The notes beneath the pieces are model-generated. The model did no database searches. It saw only the letters and a program-made list of their open reading frames with translations, and had not been told where the DNA came from. Made by a program: the position numbers and the translations under genes. From the IMG/VR virus record IMGVR_UViG_3300042366_000454, positions 1 to 35,405 of that record: a stretch of DNA of 35,405 nt; one strand, 5' to 3'. The DNA is from a virus. Its lineage: Duplodnaviria > Caudoviricetes. This document shows positions 8,354 to 17,200 of the stretch, one piece after another (position 1 is the stretch's first letter; each line of letters opens with the position of its first letter).

Positions 8354-8511
8354 AAAAGAAAAATGGACAGAAAAAAGTCGCAACTGTAATGCGCGAATAT
8401 TCCAAAGGAAAACTAAAAAGCTCCTCTGGCCAAAAAGTAACCAATCCGCGCCAAGCAAAGGCAATTGCCCTTTCGGAAGCGGGGATGAGCAAAAAGAAAA
8501 ATAAACGCTAA
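8350..8511 (+). CDS. small basic protein, DUF6496-like (53 aa)
   Basis: Read from DNA: MKKKNGQKKVATVMREYSKGKLKSSSGQKVTNPRQAKAIALSEAGMSKKKNKR; ATGA overlap. Confidence 0.8.
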   Translation: MKKKNGQKKVATVMREYSKGKLKSSSGQKVTNPRQAKAIALSEAGMSKKKNKR

Positions 8512-8516
8512 TTCTT

Positions 8517-8595
8517 TGTGACGGGTTTCTAAAGCGGTCGGCCTATAACCGATGCGGCGACTGGTGTAATAAGTCCAAACAACTTCCCTGTCACA
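8517..8595 (+). ncRNA. candidate structured intergenic/leader RNA (three-way junction)
   Basis: TGTGACGGG (8517-25) pairs with CCTGTCACA (8587-95), enclosing GTCGG/CCGAT and GACT/AGTC hairpins. Confidence 0.4.
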
Positions 8596-8603
8596 CCAAC
8601 ACA

Positions 8604-9476
8604 ATGACCATTACAAACATCCATAACTTGCCCCAACCATTCGTTGATCTTGTCAGTGAAGACTCTTACAACAAGGGGGAAGCACAATACAGCACAACAC
8701 AACTTATCGGCCCACCCAAGGTTAGCGTTCTTTTTTCGCGCCATCATGCAAAAGTTGTAGAAGACGCTTCAGATCGAGTTTGGACAATGAGCGGAACCGC
8801 CAAGCATTATGTGTTGGAGCAGATCGCAAAACGCAACCCAAGCCGCTACATCGTAGAGAAGCGCATGTATTTGGATGTAGATGGAATTAAGGTCGGAGGA
8901 CAGATTGACCTTTACGATAGCGAAACAGAAACGCTTTACGACTGGAAAGAATCAGGAGTATGGAAAGCATTGTCAGACGATAAGTTTGAGTGGACTGCAC
9001 AGGGTAACATCAACAAGCTTCTGTGTGAGGCCAACGGGGTTTATCCCAAGAAGCTCTGCAACATTATCATAATGAAGGATTGGAAGTTGCGCGAGGCGAA
9101 GATTAAGCCAGAATATCCGCAATGCGCCATTCAATCAATTGAGCTTCCAATCTGGAAGCCCGAAGAAACATTGGCCTATATCAAGAGCAGAATAGCGGCA
9201 CACGAAGCAGCTAGGGCATCTATCCACGATGACGAGATTCCCCATTGTTCAGAGCGCGAACGCTGGCAAAGGGAAGACGCATTTGCCGTGCTAAAAACAA
9301 AAGACGCCAAACGTGCTGTCTCTGGAGGAATATACAATGATTATGAATCGGCAAAGTCCCACGCATCCAAGATTGGCGGGGTTGTCGAAGAAAGGCGTGG
9401 AGAACCAACAAGATGCTTGAATTATTGCCGAGTTAGGCAATGGTGTAATTTTGGAAAAACGTTAACAAGGGAATAA
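8604..9476 (+). CDS. PD-(D/E)XK exonuclease (RecB/Cas4-like)
   Basis: VEKRM..GQIDLYD..LYDWK motifs; C-terminal Cys cluster C..RCLNYCRVRQWC. Confidence 0.8.
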   Translation: MTITNIHNLPQPFVDLVSEDSYNKGEAQYSTTQLIGPPKVSVLFSRHHAKVVEDASDRVWTMSGTAKHYVLEQIAKRNPSRYIVEKRMYLDVDGIKVGGQIDLYDSETETLYDWKESGVWKALSDDKFEWTAQGNINKLLCEANGVYPKKLCNIIIMKDWKLREAKIKPEYPQCAIQSIELPIWKPEETLAYIKSRIAAHEAARASIHDDEIPHCSERERWQREDAFAVLKTKDAKRAVSGGIYNDYESAKSHASKIGGVVEERRGEPTRCLNYCRVRQWCNFGKTLTRE

Positions 9477-9481
9477 ATAAT

Positions 9482-9757
9482 ATGAGCATAGAATACAGAG
9501 GAGAAAGGTTCTCTGGCTACAACAAGCCCAAGAGAACCCCCAAGCACCCAGAAAAGTCACATGCTGTTTTGGCCAAGTCTGGAGACAATGTTAAGTTGAT
9601 TCGATTCGGACAGCAGGGGGTCAGTGGCTCCCCCAAGAAAGAAGGAGAATCTTCAGCCTATCGCAACCGCCGCGAATCATTTAAAGCGCGTCATGCAAAA
9701 AATATTGCCAAGGGCAAAATGAGTGCCGCTTATTGGGCGAACCGCGAAAAATGGTAA
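9482..9757 (+). CDS. small basic conserved phage protein
   Basis: KLIRFGQQG..RRESFKARH..SAAYWA motif seen in small Lys/Arg-rich phage proteins. Confidence 0.75.
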   Translation: MSIEYRGERFSGYNKPKRTPKHPEKSHAVLAKSGDNVKLIRFGQQGVSGSPKKEGESSAYRNRRESFKARHAKNIAKGKMSAAYWANREKW

Positions 9758-9761
9758 CAAC

Positions 9762-9947
9762 ATGAAAAAGAAATCTAAAAGCACTGTCAACGCCGCTGGC
9801 AATTACACCAAACCCGAAATGCGGAAACGCCTGTATCAAAAAATTAAGGCGGGAACAAAAGGCGGCGACAAAGGCGAGTGGAGCGCGAGAAAAGCGCAAA
9901 TGCTTGCCAAAGAATACAAAGCCAAGGGCGGAGGATATAAAGACTAA
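9762..9947 (+). CDS. DUF5872-like protein, N-terminal half
   Basis: NYTKPEMRKRL..IKAGTKGGDKGEWSARKAQMLAKEYKAKGGGY; ATG at 9762. Confidence 0.7.
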   Translation: MKKKSKSTVNAAGNYTKPEMRKRLYQKIKAGTKGGDKGEWSARKAQMLAKEYKAKGGGYKD

Positions 9948-9949
9948 TT

Positions 9950-10183
9950 ATGAAAAAGCCACAAGAATCACTAAAGAAATGGACAGAGCAGAAGTGGAGA
10001 ACTTCAGACAATTCTCCATCCAAGGGCAAAAAGCGTTATCTGCCAGATGCAGCATGGAGCGCATTGACGCCAGCGGAAAAAGCCGCAACCAACAGGGCTA
10101 AGGCTAAGGGCAATAAAGCTGGAAAGCAATTTGTCAAACAACCGAGCAAAATTGCAAAGAAAACCTCACGTTACAGAAAATGA
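9950..10183 (+). CDS. DUF5872-like protein, C-terminal half
   Basis: QESLKKWTEQKWRT..RYLPDAAWSAL..GKQFV. Confidence 0.7.
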   Translation: MKKPQESLKKWTEQKWRTSDNSPSKGKKRYLPDAAWSALTPAEKAATNRAKAKGNKAGKQFVKQPSKIAKKTSRYRK

Positions 10184-10401
10184 AAAGACACCCAGAAGAC
10201 AGAATCTACGATGCCAAGAAGTTCATCAACGAGCTTTCCAAGGTTCAAGATCGTCGCTTCAATAAGCTTGTCAAAAAATTGGGAATCAGCAAAGAGACAG
10301 AAGACCTTTTGTTTGATTACATCTACAACGAGCAAGAAACAGAATTAAGCTTTGGGGAGTATCTTGAATGTCGTTGTGGGGCGACATTCCCTGAATGTTG
10401 A
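10180..10401 (+). CDS. hypothetical protein
   Basis: Start overlaps the upstream stop; 73 aa. Confidence 0.65.
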   Translation: MKRHPEDRIYDAKKFINELSKVQDRRFNKLVKKLGISKETEDLLFDYIYNEQETELSFGEYLECRCGATFPEC

Positions 10402-10414
10402 CTAACGGCAACAA

Positions 10415-11194
10415 ATGACCATCAACATATTCACCATTGTTCTTGATGGTTCGCCTTGGATTGGAGCACAGTTTGCCGAATTGTGCCGATTGCGCGAACT
10501 TGATTGGCATTGGTCAATTGTTGAGGGTGCATCCCTCCCAAAAAAAGACACGGCTTGGATGGGAAACCAAAGTGGCAAAGTCAGCCATGATGGAACCCAT
10601 CAGTTTCTCCAGTCATTAAAAACCCACCCAAGAATCACAGTAAACAGCAAGTCAGAATGGGGCGGCAAAACGGAGATGATTAACGCCGCGCTAACAGCGT
10701 TTAAGAGGGATGGCGTCTTACTACAAATGGATAGCGACGAGCTATGGACGGAGTTTCAAATGAAGTCCCTTGCATCCATGATGGAAATTGAAAGGGAAGT
10801 TAATACCGTTCAATTTAAAATGGACTACATGCTTGGGCCAAACGTAATATCAACATCGAAAGACGGTTATGGAAACAGAGCAAATGAGTGGGTCAGGGCT
10901 TGGCGTTACAGCGTTGGAGAGTGGATGGAATGCCACGAACCCCCAGTATTCAATGGCAACAGAGAGCGAATACTTGGACGAGACGAATCAGAACGACTTT
11001 TTGGACGCATCCTCCACATGGCATGGGTGACTCCGCAGCAAGTTTCCCAGAAGCAACGTATATACAGGGGTGGATACGAAAACGCTTGTGAGAATTGGGA
11101 AAAGTTACAGAACAATATGAAGTGGCCAGTAAAAGACCTTCAACAGTTTTTGCCTTGGGTTGGCAAGGGAGCAAGCGCAGACCTGATTTTTTAA
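10415..11194 (+). CDS. GT-A fold glycosyltransferase (family 2-like)
   Basis: IFTIVLDG, IVEG, SHDGT, DxD motif QMDSDELW, CHEP. Confidence 0.75.
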   Translation: MTINIFTIVLDGSPWIGAQFAELCRLRELDWHWSIVEGASLPKKDTAWMGNQSGKVSHDGTHQFLQSLKTHPRITVNSKSEWGGKTEMINAALTAFKRDGVLLQMDSDELWTEFQMKSLASMMEIEREVNTVQFKMDYMLGPNVISTSKDGYGNRANEWVRAWRYSVGEWMECHEPPVFNGNRERILGRDESERLFGRILHMAWVTPQQVSQKQRIYRGGYENACENWEKLQNNMKWPVKDLQQFLPWVGKGASADLIF

Positions 11195-11195
11195 T

Positions 11196-11271
11196 GTGGC
11201 TGTAACTCAGTGGATAGAGTATCGCTCTTCTAAAGCGAGAGTCGAAGGTTCAAGTCCTTCCAGCCACGCCA
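11196..11271 (+). tRNA. tRNA-Arg(TCT)
   Basis: Acceptor GTGGCTG/CAGCCAC, anticodon arm TCGCT-CTTCTAA-AGCGA, T-arm GAAGG-TTCAAGT-CCTTC, encoded CCA; 76 nt. Confidence 0.96.
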
Positions 11272-11280
11272 AATCTTGTA

Positions 11281-11309
11281 TTGACCTAAGTATTGATTCG
11301 TGATATTTT
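11281..11309 (+). promoter_or_regulatory. sigma70-type promoter for the structural/ejection operon
   Basis: TTGACC-N17-TATTTT with extended TGn, ending 10 nt before ATG 11320. Confidence 0.55.
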
Positions 11310-11319
11310 CTTAGCGCAA

Positions 11320-12291
11320 ATGTCACTTACACTTGGTCTATCCATAGAAAGATTGCCAGCCTCAGTTGTGCCGCAACCAGACCCGCCTGATTTGGTGGGT
11401 TTTGATGCACAGGGAGAGCTTCGCAATAACATCAACAGAGTTCTTGAGAGGTTCCATGCAGAAGGGAAGTGGGAAGGCTTGGTAGTTCAGGCAACGGTTG
11501 CAGCTTACGAAGACGCAAACGAAAACAAGTTTATCACGCTTCCCAGACACCTTGAAACGTGCATTCGTGCTGGCCGCGCTGGATACCAAACCAGAGGAGT
11601 TCAGAGCGAGTGGTATCAATATTTGCCCAATGGTCGTGGAATCAGAAAGCCAGACCAAGCTTATCACGGGGCTATTCAAGACATGGGTGAAGGGTTTGTT
11701 ACGTTTAGAGACATTCTAACACCTTCTCAATTGACAATTTCTTCTTCTCAGACCGAATCGTCTGGTGCGTATATTGTCATTCGTGGCAAGGACGCCAACG
11801 GCGACAAGATTTATTCCACTGTTGAAGGCGCGGTTATTGAAGGAATCCGATTGGACATGGCTTCTGGGACACAGACAACCAGCCAGACATTTTCAGAGAT
11901 TTACGCCGTAGAGAAAGAAGTCACCAAGGGGCTTATCACTGTTAGCGCAGGAGCTACAACGCTTGCGGTTTACGAGCAAGGTGAACGCGCCATCAATTAT
12001 CGCCGTTACATGGTTGACAAGAATTGGGACAGCGTTCAAGGTGTTTTTAAACGCCGTCATGTGTGGGCAATCTCTGAAAATGATCAGTTGTTCCCAGACA
12101 GTCTTGAGGCATTAAAGCTTGGACTTATGGCACTCAACGCAGAAGAGAAGGCGGACGTTGAGCGCGGACAATATTACATGGACAGAGCTTTATTGCTTCT
12201 CAATGCAGAACTTAAAGAATACAATTCTGGACAAGAGGGAACAATGCAAACCGCGCCTTGGCTAACACGCAGAATGATTAACATGAGGTAA
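11320..12291 (+). CDS. putative virion protein (head-tail adaptor/tail tubular-like)
   Basis: Helical ends with beta-rich middle (INRVLERF..KW..ITLPR); precedes ejection-type genes; function inferred. Confidence 0.45.
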   Translation: MSLTLGLSIERLPASVVPQPDPPDLVGFDAQGELRNNINRVLERFHAEGKWEGLVVQATVAAYEDANENKFITLPRHLETCIRAGRAGYQTRGVQSEWYQYLPNGRGIRKPDQAYHGAIQDMGEGFVTFRDILTPSQLTISSSQTESSGAYIVIRGKDANGDKIYSTVEGAVIEGIRLDMASGTQTTSQTFSEIYAVEKEVTKGLITVSAGATTLAVYEQGERAINYRRYMVDKNWDSVQGVFKRRHVWAISENDQLFPDSLEALKLGLMALNAEEKADVERGQYYMDRALLLLNAELKEYNSGQEGTMQTAPWLTRRMINMR

Positions 12292-12295
12292 TGAT

Positions 12296-13210
12296 ATGCC
12301 AGAAGAAGAGAAAAATAAAATTCCGCAATTTCCAACAAGCACAACCCCGATTGCTACAAGCGGAGCTTCGTCATTCGGAAGTCCCTTTATCCCAAACGTT
12401 ACTGGAGGCTTTAACCAAAGAGTAAGTAGTCAGGCAGCACAGGGAACCGCGCCGCAGTTTGTAAGGGCAACACAGGCTGGAAAAGAACCTATTAGCGTGG
12501 CATCTGGAACAATTTTCGCAACACCTCAACAGGCTTCGGCTATGACGGCTTCAAGAAACATTGCAGAGCAGGGAACCAGAACGCCAGAGCAGCAACAAGC
12601 GTTGCTGGCCCAGATGCGTGAGCGTGGATCGCAAATCAGGCAAGACATTATCAATCAAAATATTCGACCAAGCCAAGAACAAGTTAGTCAATACTATACG
12701 ATTCGTCAGGGAATGGAGGAACGTCGAGCACAAGAAGCATTGACACCCTCAGTTTACGAGGGTGGTGTTGCGGGAACAGACAGAAGAATGGCTGGAGCGC
12801 AAGCTTTAGTTAGCGCGGAAAGATGGAGGCAAGCCGCTTCTGGAGAACGCTCCGCAATGGGGCAGTCTCCAATATCCGCTTTTGGCGGAGCGTTTAGACA
12901 AGGTTCAATGGGTCAATTTTCTCCGATTCAGCAGCCGACATATACGCAAGGAATATCTGGAATGCAGAACATGTTTGCGCCAGCGGCACAGACAACGCCA
13001 GCAACGCTGCTTCCTGCAATGGGCGAAACAAGACAAAACGCCACACAATTAGGGACTTCTGGAACGCCGTTTTCATTTACTCCGTTTGCTGCCACATCTC
13101 AAAGTATGGCAGACCCGTTTAGGGGATTAAGAATGGCAACGTCTCCAAGAAGAAGGGGTTCAAGATTTACGCCTCTACCTTTTGGATTGAGAACCACACC
13201 AACCGTATAA
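12296..13210 (+). CDS. low-complexity Q/A/T/P-rich protein, putative internal virion/ejection protein
   Basis: Composition and position upstream of giant protein. Confidence 0.5.
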   Translation: MPEEEKNKIPQFPTSTTPIATSGASSFGSPFIPNVTGGFNQRVSSQAAQGTAPQFVRATQAGKEPISVASGTIFATPQQASAMTASRNIAEQGTRTPEQQQALLAQMRERGSQIRQDIINQNIRPSQEQVSQYYTIRQGMEERRAQEALTPSVYEGGVAGTDRRMAGAQALVSAERWRQAASGERSAMGQSPISAFGGAFRQGSMGQFSPIQQPTYTQGISGMQNMFAPAAQTTPATLLPAMGETRQNATQLGTSGTPFSFTPFAATSQSMADPFRGLRMATSPRRRGSRFTPLPFGLRTTPTV

Positions 13211-13211
13211 T

Positions 13212-14219
13212 ATGGCTGAAGAAATAACAGGCACTAAAATAGATTTGCCAGCTATGGCAAGACCGAGCGCACCGAGCGTTGCTGACTTGATGGTCGGAAT
13301 GCGTCCTCAATCCGGTATTACTCCGGAAGACTTGCCGGAAGATTGGGGCGGAAGACCGACAGGAACATCCCGCAGGGCTATTCGTATGCAAGCGGAATGG
13401 GACAAAAGGCGCGAAAGACAGATTCAAGAATACAACATTCAACGCCAAGCCTATGAAAACGACAGGTCTTACGGGCTTCAGGCCAGAGATCAAATGATGC
13501 AGGAGGCAAACTTTCAAAAGACACAAGAAGAAGCTGTAGCAAATCAAAAGCTAAAAGCCCAAGCAAGTCTTGAATCTGCAAACATTATATCATCCATAAA
13601 TCAATTAGACCCAAGATCGCCAGATTTTGAATCAAGCGTGGCAAAGATAATGGCACAAAATCCATTAGGCACAACCGACGAGGGGGTTCAAAAAATAGTC
13701 TCTCAATACAATTCTGCCTCCCAAATTTACAGAAGCGCAGAGCAATCCAGAACCCAATCAGAAAAAGCTGAAGCTGAAAAGCGTCAAGCTCTCAGCAAAG
13801 AGATGGCTAGAGTCGCAGAGGTTGCCGCCAGAATGGAAAAAGATAAGAGCGAATTTGTTAAATCTGTTAATGGCGTTGATGTCATTGATTATGAAGCGTT
13901 GGGTCGTGCGGAAGGACAACTCAAATTAAAAGAAGAAAAATCATTGATTGGCGGAAGACCCCAGCAAGAAATAGAATCAATCATCACTTCTATTGAGGCC
14001 GACATTGCTGAATCGGAAGCAATGGGTGACGATAACAAGGTTAGCGGATTAAGCAAAAAGCTGGAATATTACAGAAATCTTTTACCAAAGGGTGGCGGCT
14101 CTCAGGCTACTACATCAACAAACATTAGAAGCTTCGACAGCGCAGAAGAAGCCAATAATGCGGGCTTGCCAAAAGGAACAATTGTGACTATTAATGGCAA
14201 GAAGGCTCGTGTTGACTAA
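13212..14219 (+). CDS. coiled-coil protein, putative ejection protein
   Basis: E/Q/K/A-rich helices; small C-terminal domain LPKGTIVTINGKKARVD; TAATG-coupled to the giant gene. Confidence 0.5.
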   Translation: MAEEITGTKIDLPAMARPSAPSVADLMVGMRPQSGITPEDLPEDWGGRPTGTSRRAIRMQAEWDKRRERQIQEYNIQRQAYENDRSYGLQARDQMMQEANFQKTQEEAVANQKLKAQASLESANIISSINQLDPRSPDFESSVAKIMAQNPLGTTDEGVQKIVSQYNSASQIYRSAEQSRTQSEKAEAEKRQALSKEMARVAEVAARMEKDKSEFVKSVNGVDVIDYEALGRAEGQLKLKEEKSLIGGRPQQEIESIITSIEADIAESEAMGDDNKVSGLSKKLEYYRNLLPKGGGSQATTSTNIRSFDSAEEANNAGLPKGTIVTINGKKARVD

Positions 14220-17200
14220 TGGCGATTACATTTTTAGACGAAGAGGAAGATGGGGCTTCTCCAGAACAGGAGATCGGCACTAAGATTACGTTTCTGGACG
14301 AAGAGCCAGAAACTGGAGTCACGTTCATAGAGGAAGACCCGGTTCAGTCTTATTCTTCCGCTGTCAAAGAATTTAAAGACGTTCAAAAAACTTATGAATC
14401 GAACGCCGCTGCATACAATGAGTTTTCATCTTTACCACTAACTGAGGCGGACGAGCCAGAAAGATTGCGCTTGTTTGATGGCGCAAGGAATAGCGAGATA
14501 CTTTTAGATGACAAGTTGCGAAAAGTCGAAAAGCTAAGGCCAGCATATGAAGCCGTCCAAGAGCAGCGCAAGCAGGAGGAGATTGCGTCACTTAACAAGC
14601 TTTCCGAGAATCCTCTTACCGCTGGAGTTGTTGAGCCAGCATTGGCGGCAAGGGAAAAACGTGAAGCACAACTTGCAGCGTTGGCTCAAGAAAACTTGGA
14701 AGACGAAGCCTACAGTCAGAAGGCTAAAGAAATCTCTGAAGAGTATTCAAACTTTGTAAATAGCTCTATTCAGAAATCCATTAAGGATAGCGAGGAAGAA
14801 AGGCTTCTTTTGCGTGATGTGTTAAACGAAAGAAACCGAGCAAGAATGACGGGCCTTGGTCGTGTTGGCGCGGCTGAAGCTGTTGGCTCCGTGATTCTTG
14901 GAACGCGGGAAAGTCAAAACGTGGCCGACCTTGCAAGCGAGCTTGGTGAAGAATACGCAAACGAGATTTTGGGCAGAAGCGCAACCCCCAGAGATGTTGC
15001 CCGTGGTGCTGTTGCAAGATTCGTTGGTGGTGGCATTGCGGGAATCCCATCCAATGTTATTGATCTTTTTGCTGGAGGAGAAAGGGAACCTGAGTCGCTT
15101 GAAGAAGTTAGAAGACTTCAATCTCTTGTTGATGGTGGAGACGCTTCGGTTGCCCCACAACTTGAAGAGGCCAAGAAAAATCTACGCAAAGAAGCTTTGT
15201 TGACGGCGGTTGAGAGAATGACGCCAGAGGAAAAGTTTAAAATTCAGCGCGATTATCTTGAGTCAAAACAAAACGAGATTCTTGCAGGAGCTCCACCGGA
15301 GCGCAGACAGAGAATCATTGACGCATCCGAGCGCATTATGGATTCGTATGAAGCCTCTAGGTTTAACCCAGAAGACCCCAAGGCATACGGAGCATTATTG
15401 CCAGACGGAACAATTTATTTTACCCCCAAGGGCAAGGAAGATGTTAATTTGGCCGTTGACAAGATTGCTGACGCTGGACTGATTTCCGAAGCGAGCAAAG
15501 AAAGATATAAGAGCTACTACAACAATCTTGAGGCAGAAAGAGAACGCGCAATACGAGCCTCTGCCGTTCAAACCACAACATTCCAAAACTGGATTAAAAA
15601 CAACCCAGAATATTCAATAGAGACGGATGCTGGGGTTGAAGAGGCGATTGCGGCATTTGAGGAATCTCACAATACGCCCACGGCCAATATCGTTGACATT
15701 GTTCCGGGGCTGTTTCGCGGCATTAAAAGCTATGTAACCGACGCAACAATAGGGGCGCGGCTTTCGGCTATTGCCGCTTCTGATATAAGCGAATCAGAAA
15801 AAGCAGACCAAATGCTTGCCATCTATGCGGAGGAAACAGAAAAACTTGGAGAGCGTCCCCCAACTAGCTTTCTTGGTGGTGCTGCCGAGATCACTGGAAA
15901 CTTTGCCGCCCAAGCTTTGCCAATGATTGCTGCCAAGTTTCTTAGCTTGTTTGGCCCTACCGGAAAGACCGCTGGAAAGTTCGCCGTCCCAACAGCTAGA
16001 GCATACACGCTGGCCCATATGGGTGCGCTGTATGCTGGACAAGGTTACATTGAGGCCGTTGGACAATCCGTAAGAGAGTCCGGCTACAATTCCCTTGAAG
16101 AAATACAGGAGCAAAATCCAGAGCTTGCCGAAAGGATTAACGAGACTGGCAAACGCGCCATGATTGACGCTGCCAAGATCAGTCTTACAGAACAGATTCC
16201 GATTGAGGGTCTTGTTTCCAGTATTGGAAAGTTCGCCAAAAAGCCAACCACGTTCAAGAGAATCATGGAGGCCGTGGCACTGAATCCAGCGGCTGAAATT
16301 TCACAAGAAATATTTGCAGACGCCGCAATGCAAGCGGCACAGTCGCGTTACAGTCTGGAAAACAAAGACATCAAAATGATGAGCTTGGAGGAAATTGGCC
16401 AGATGTATCTTGGCGTTCTTCCCATTACTGGCGGAACAGCGGTTGCCGCTCGCACGGCAGACAGGGCAATGCAACGCAAGGAAGACGCCATTGCCAAACT
16501 CAACGAAGAACAGCGTAGAATTTTTGAGGCTGAGTCCGCGCTTATTGATGTTGCTGAAAGGGCAGCTAAAGACGCCGAGGCCACAGCACCCGAAACGGCC
16601 AAGGCGGTTGCAGACGAAGCGGCAAGAGCCAGACAAGAGCTTGACGCCAGAATTGGACAGACCGCAGAATCCGTTGGTGGAGAGCCAATCAGTATTCGTG
16701 CTACAGTAAGCCCAAGGAGAGAGGGCGAAACAGATCAGGAATGGCGAGCAAGGATTGAGCAGGAACGGGCAGAACAGGGCGTAACCATTCCAGAATCAAG
16801 AACGATTGCCGATGCCGTAAGGGACAAAGACACTTTTGTATTTAACGGGATGCGCGGAGCCTTGGTTAAGGACGGAGATCGCGTTTCGTTTAGACCGTTT
16901 GGAACGCAGGAATCATACGAGGTTCCTGCAAGCGAGGCACAGAACATTTCCGAGGTTGAGGGCGTTGAGTGGGTTCGCAGGGGGCAGATAAGAACCACTG
17001 TTCAAGAGGCCCCCGTTGAGGTTTCGACCGAGATTGAGGCAACACCAGTTGTCACCGAGGATGAGGCAAGCGAAGTGGCGGACGATGTTGAGGTTCCCCC
17101 GTCTCTCGTTGAAATTGAAAAGTCGCCAACGCTAAATTTCTTTGCTGATCTTTTTGATACTGGCGAATCAAGAGTTTCCCAAGAGGGCAAACGCGCAAAG

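Noticed and set aside
8604-9476. Cas4-like nuclease as evidence of a CRISPR system
   Set aside because: No repeat-spacer array or other cas gene was seen; solo Cas4/RecB-like nucleases are common in phages.
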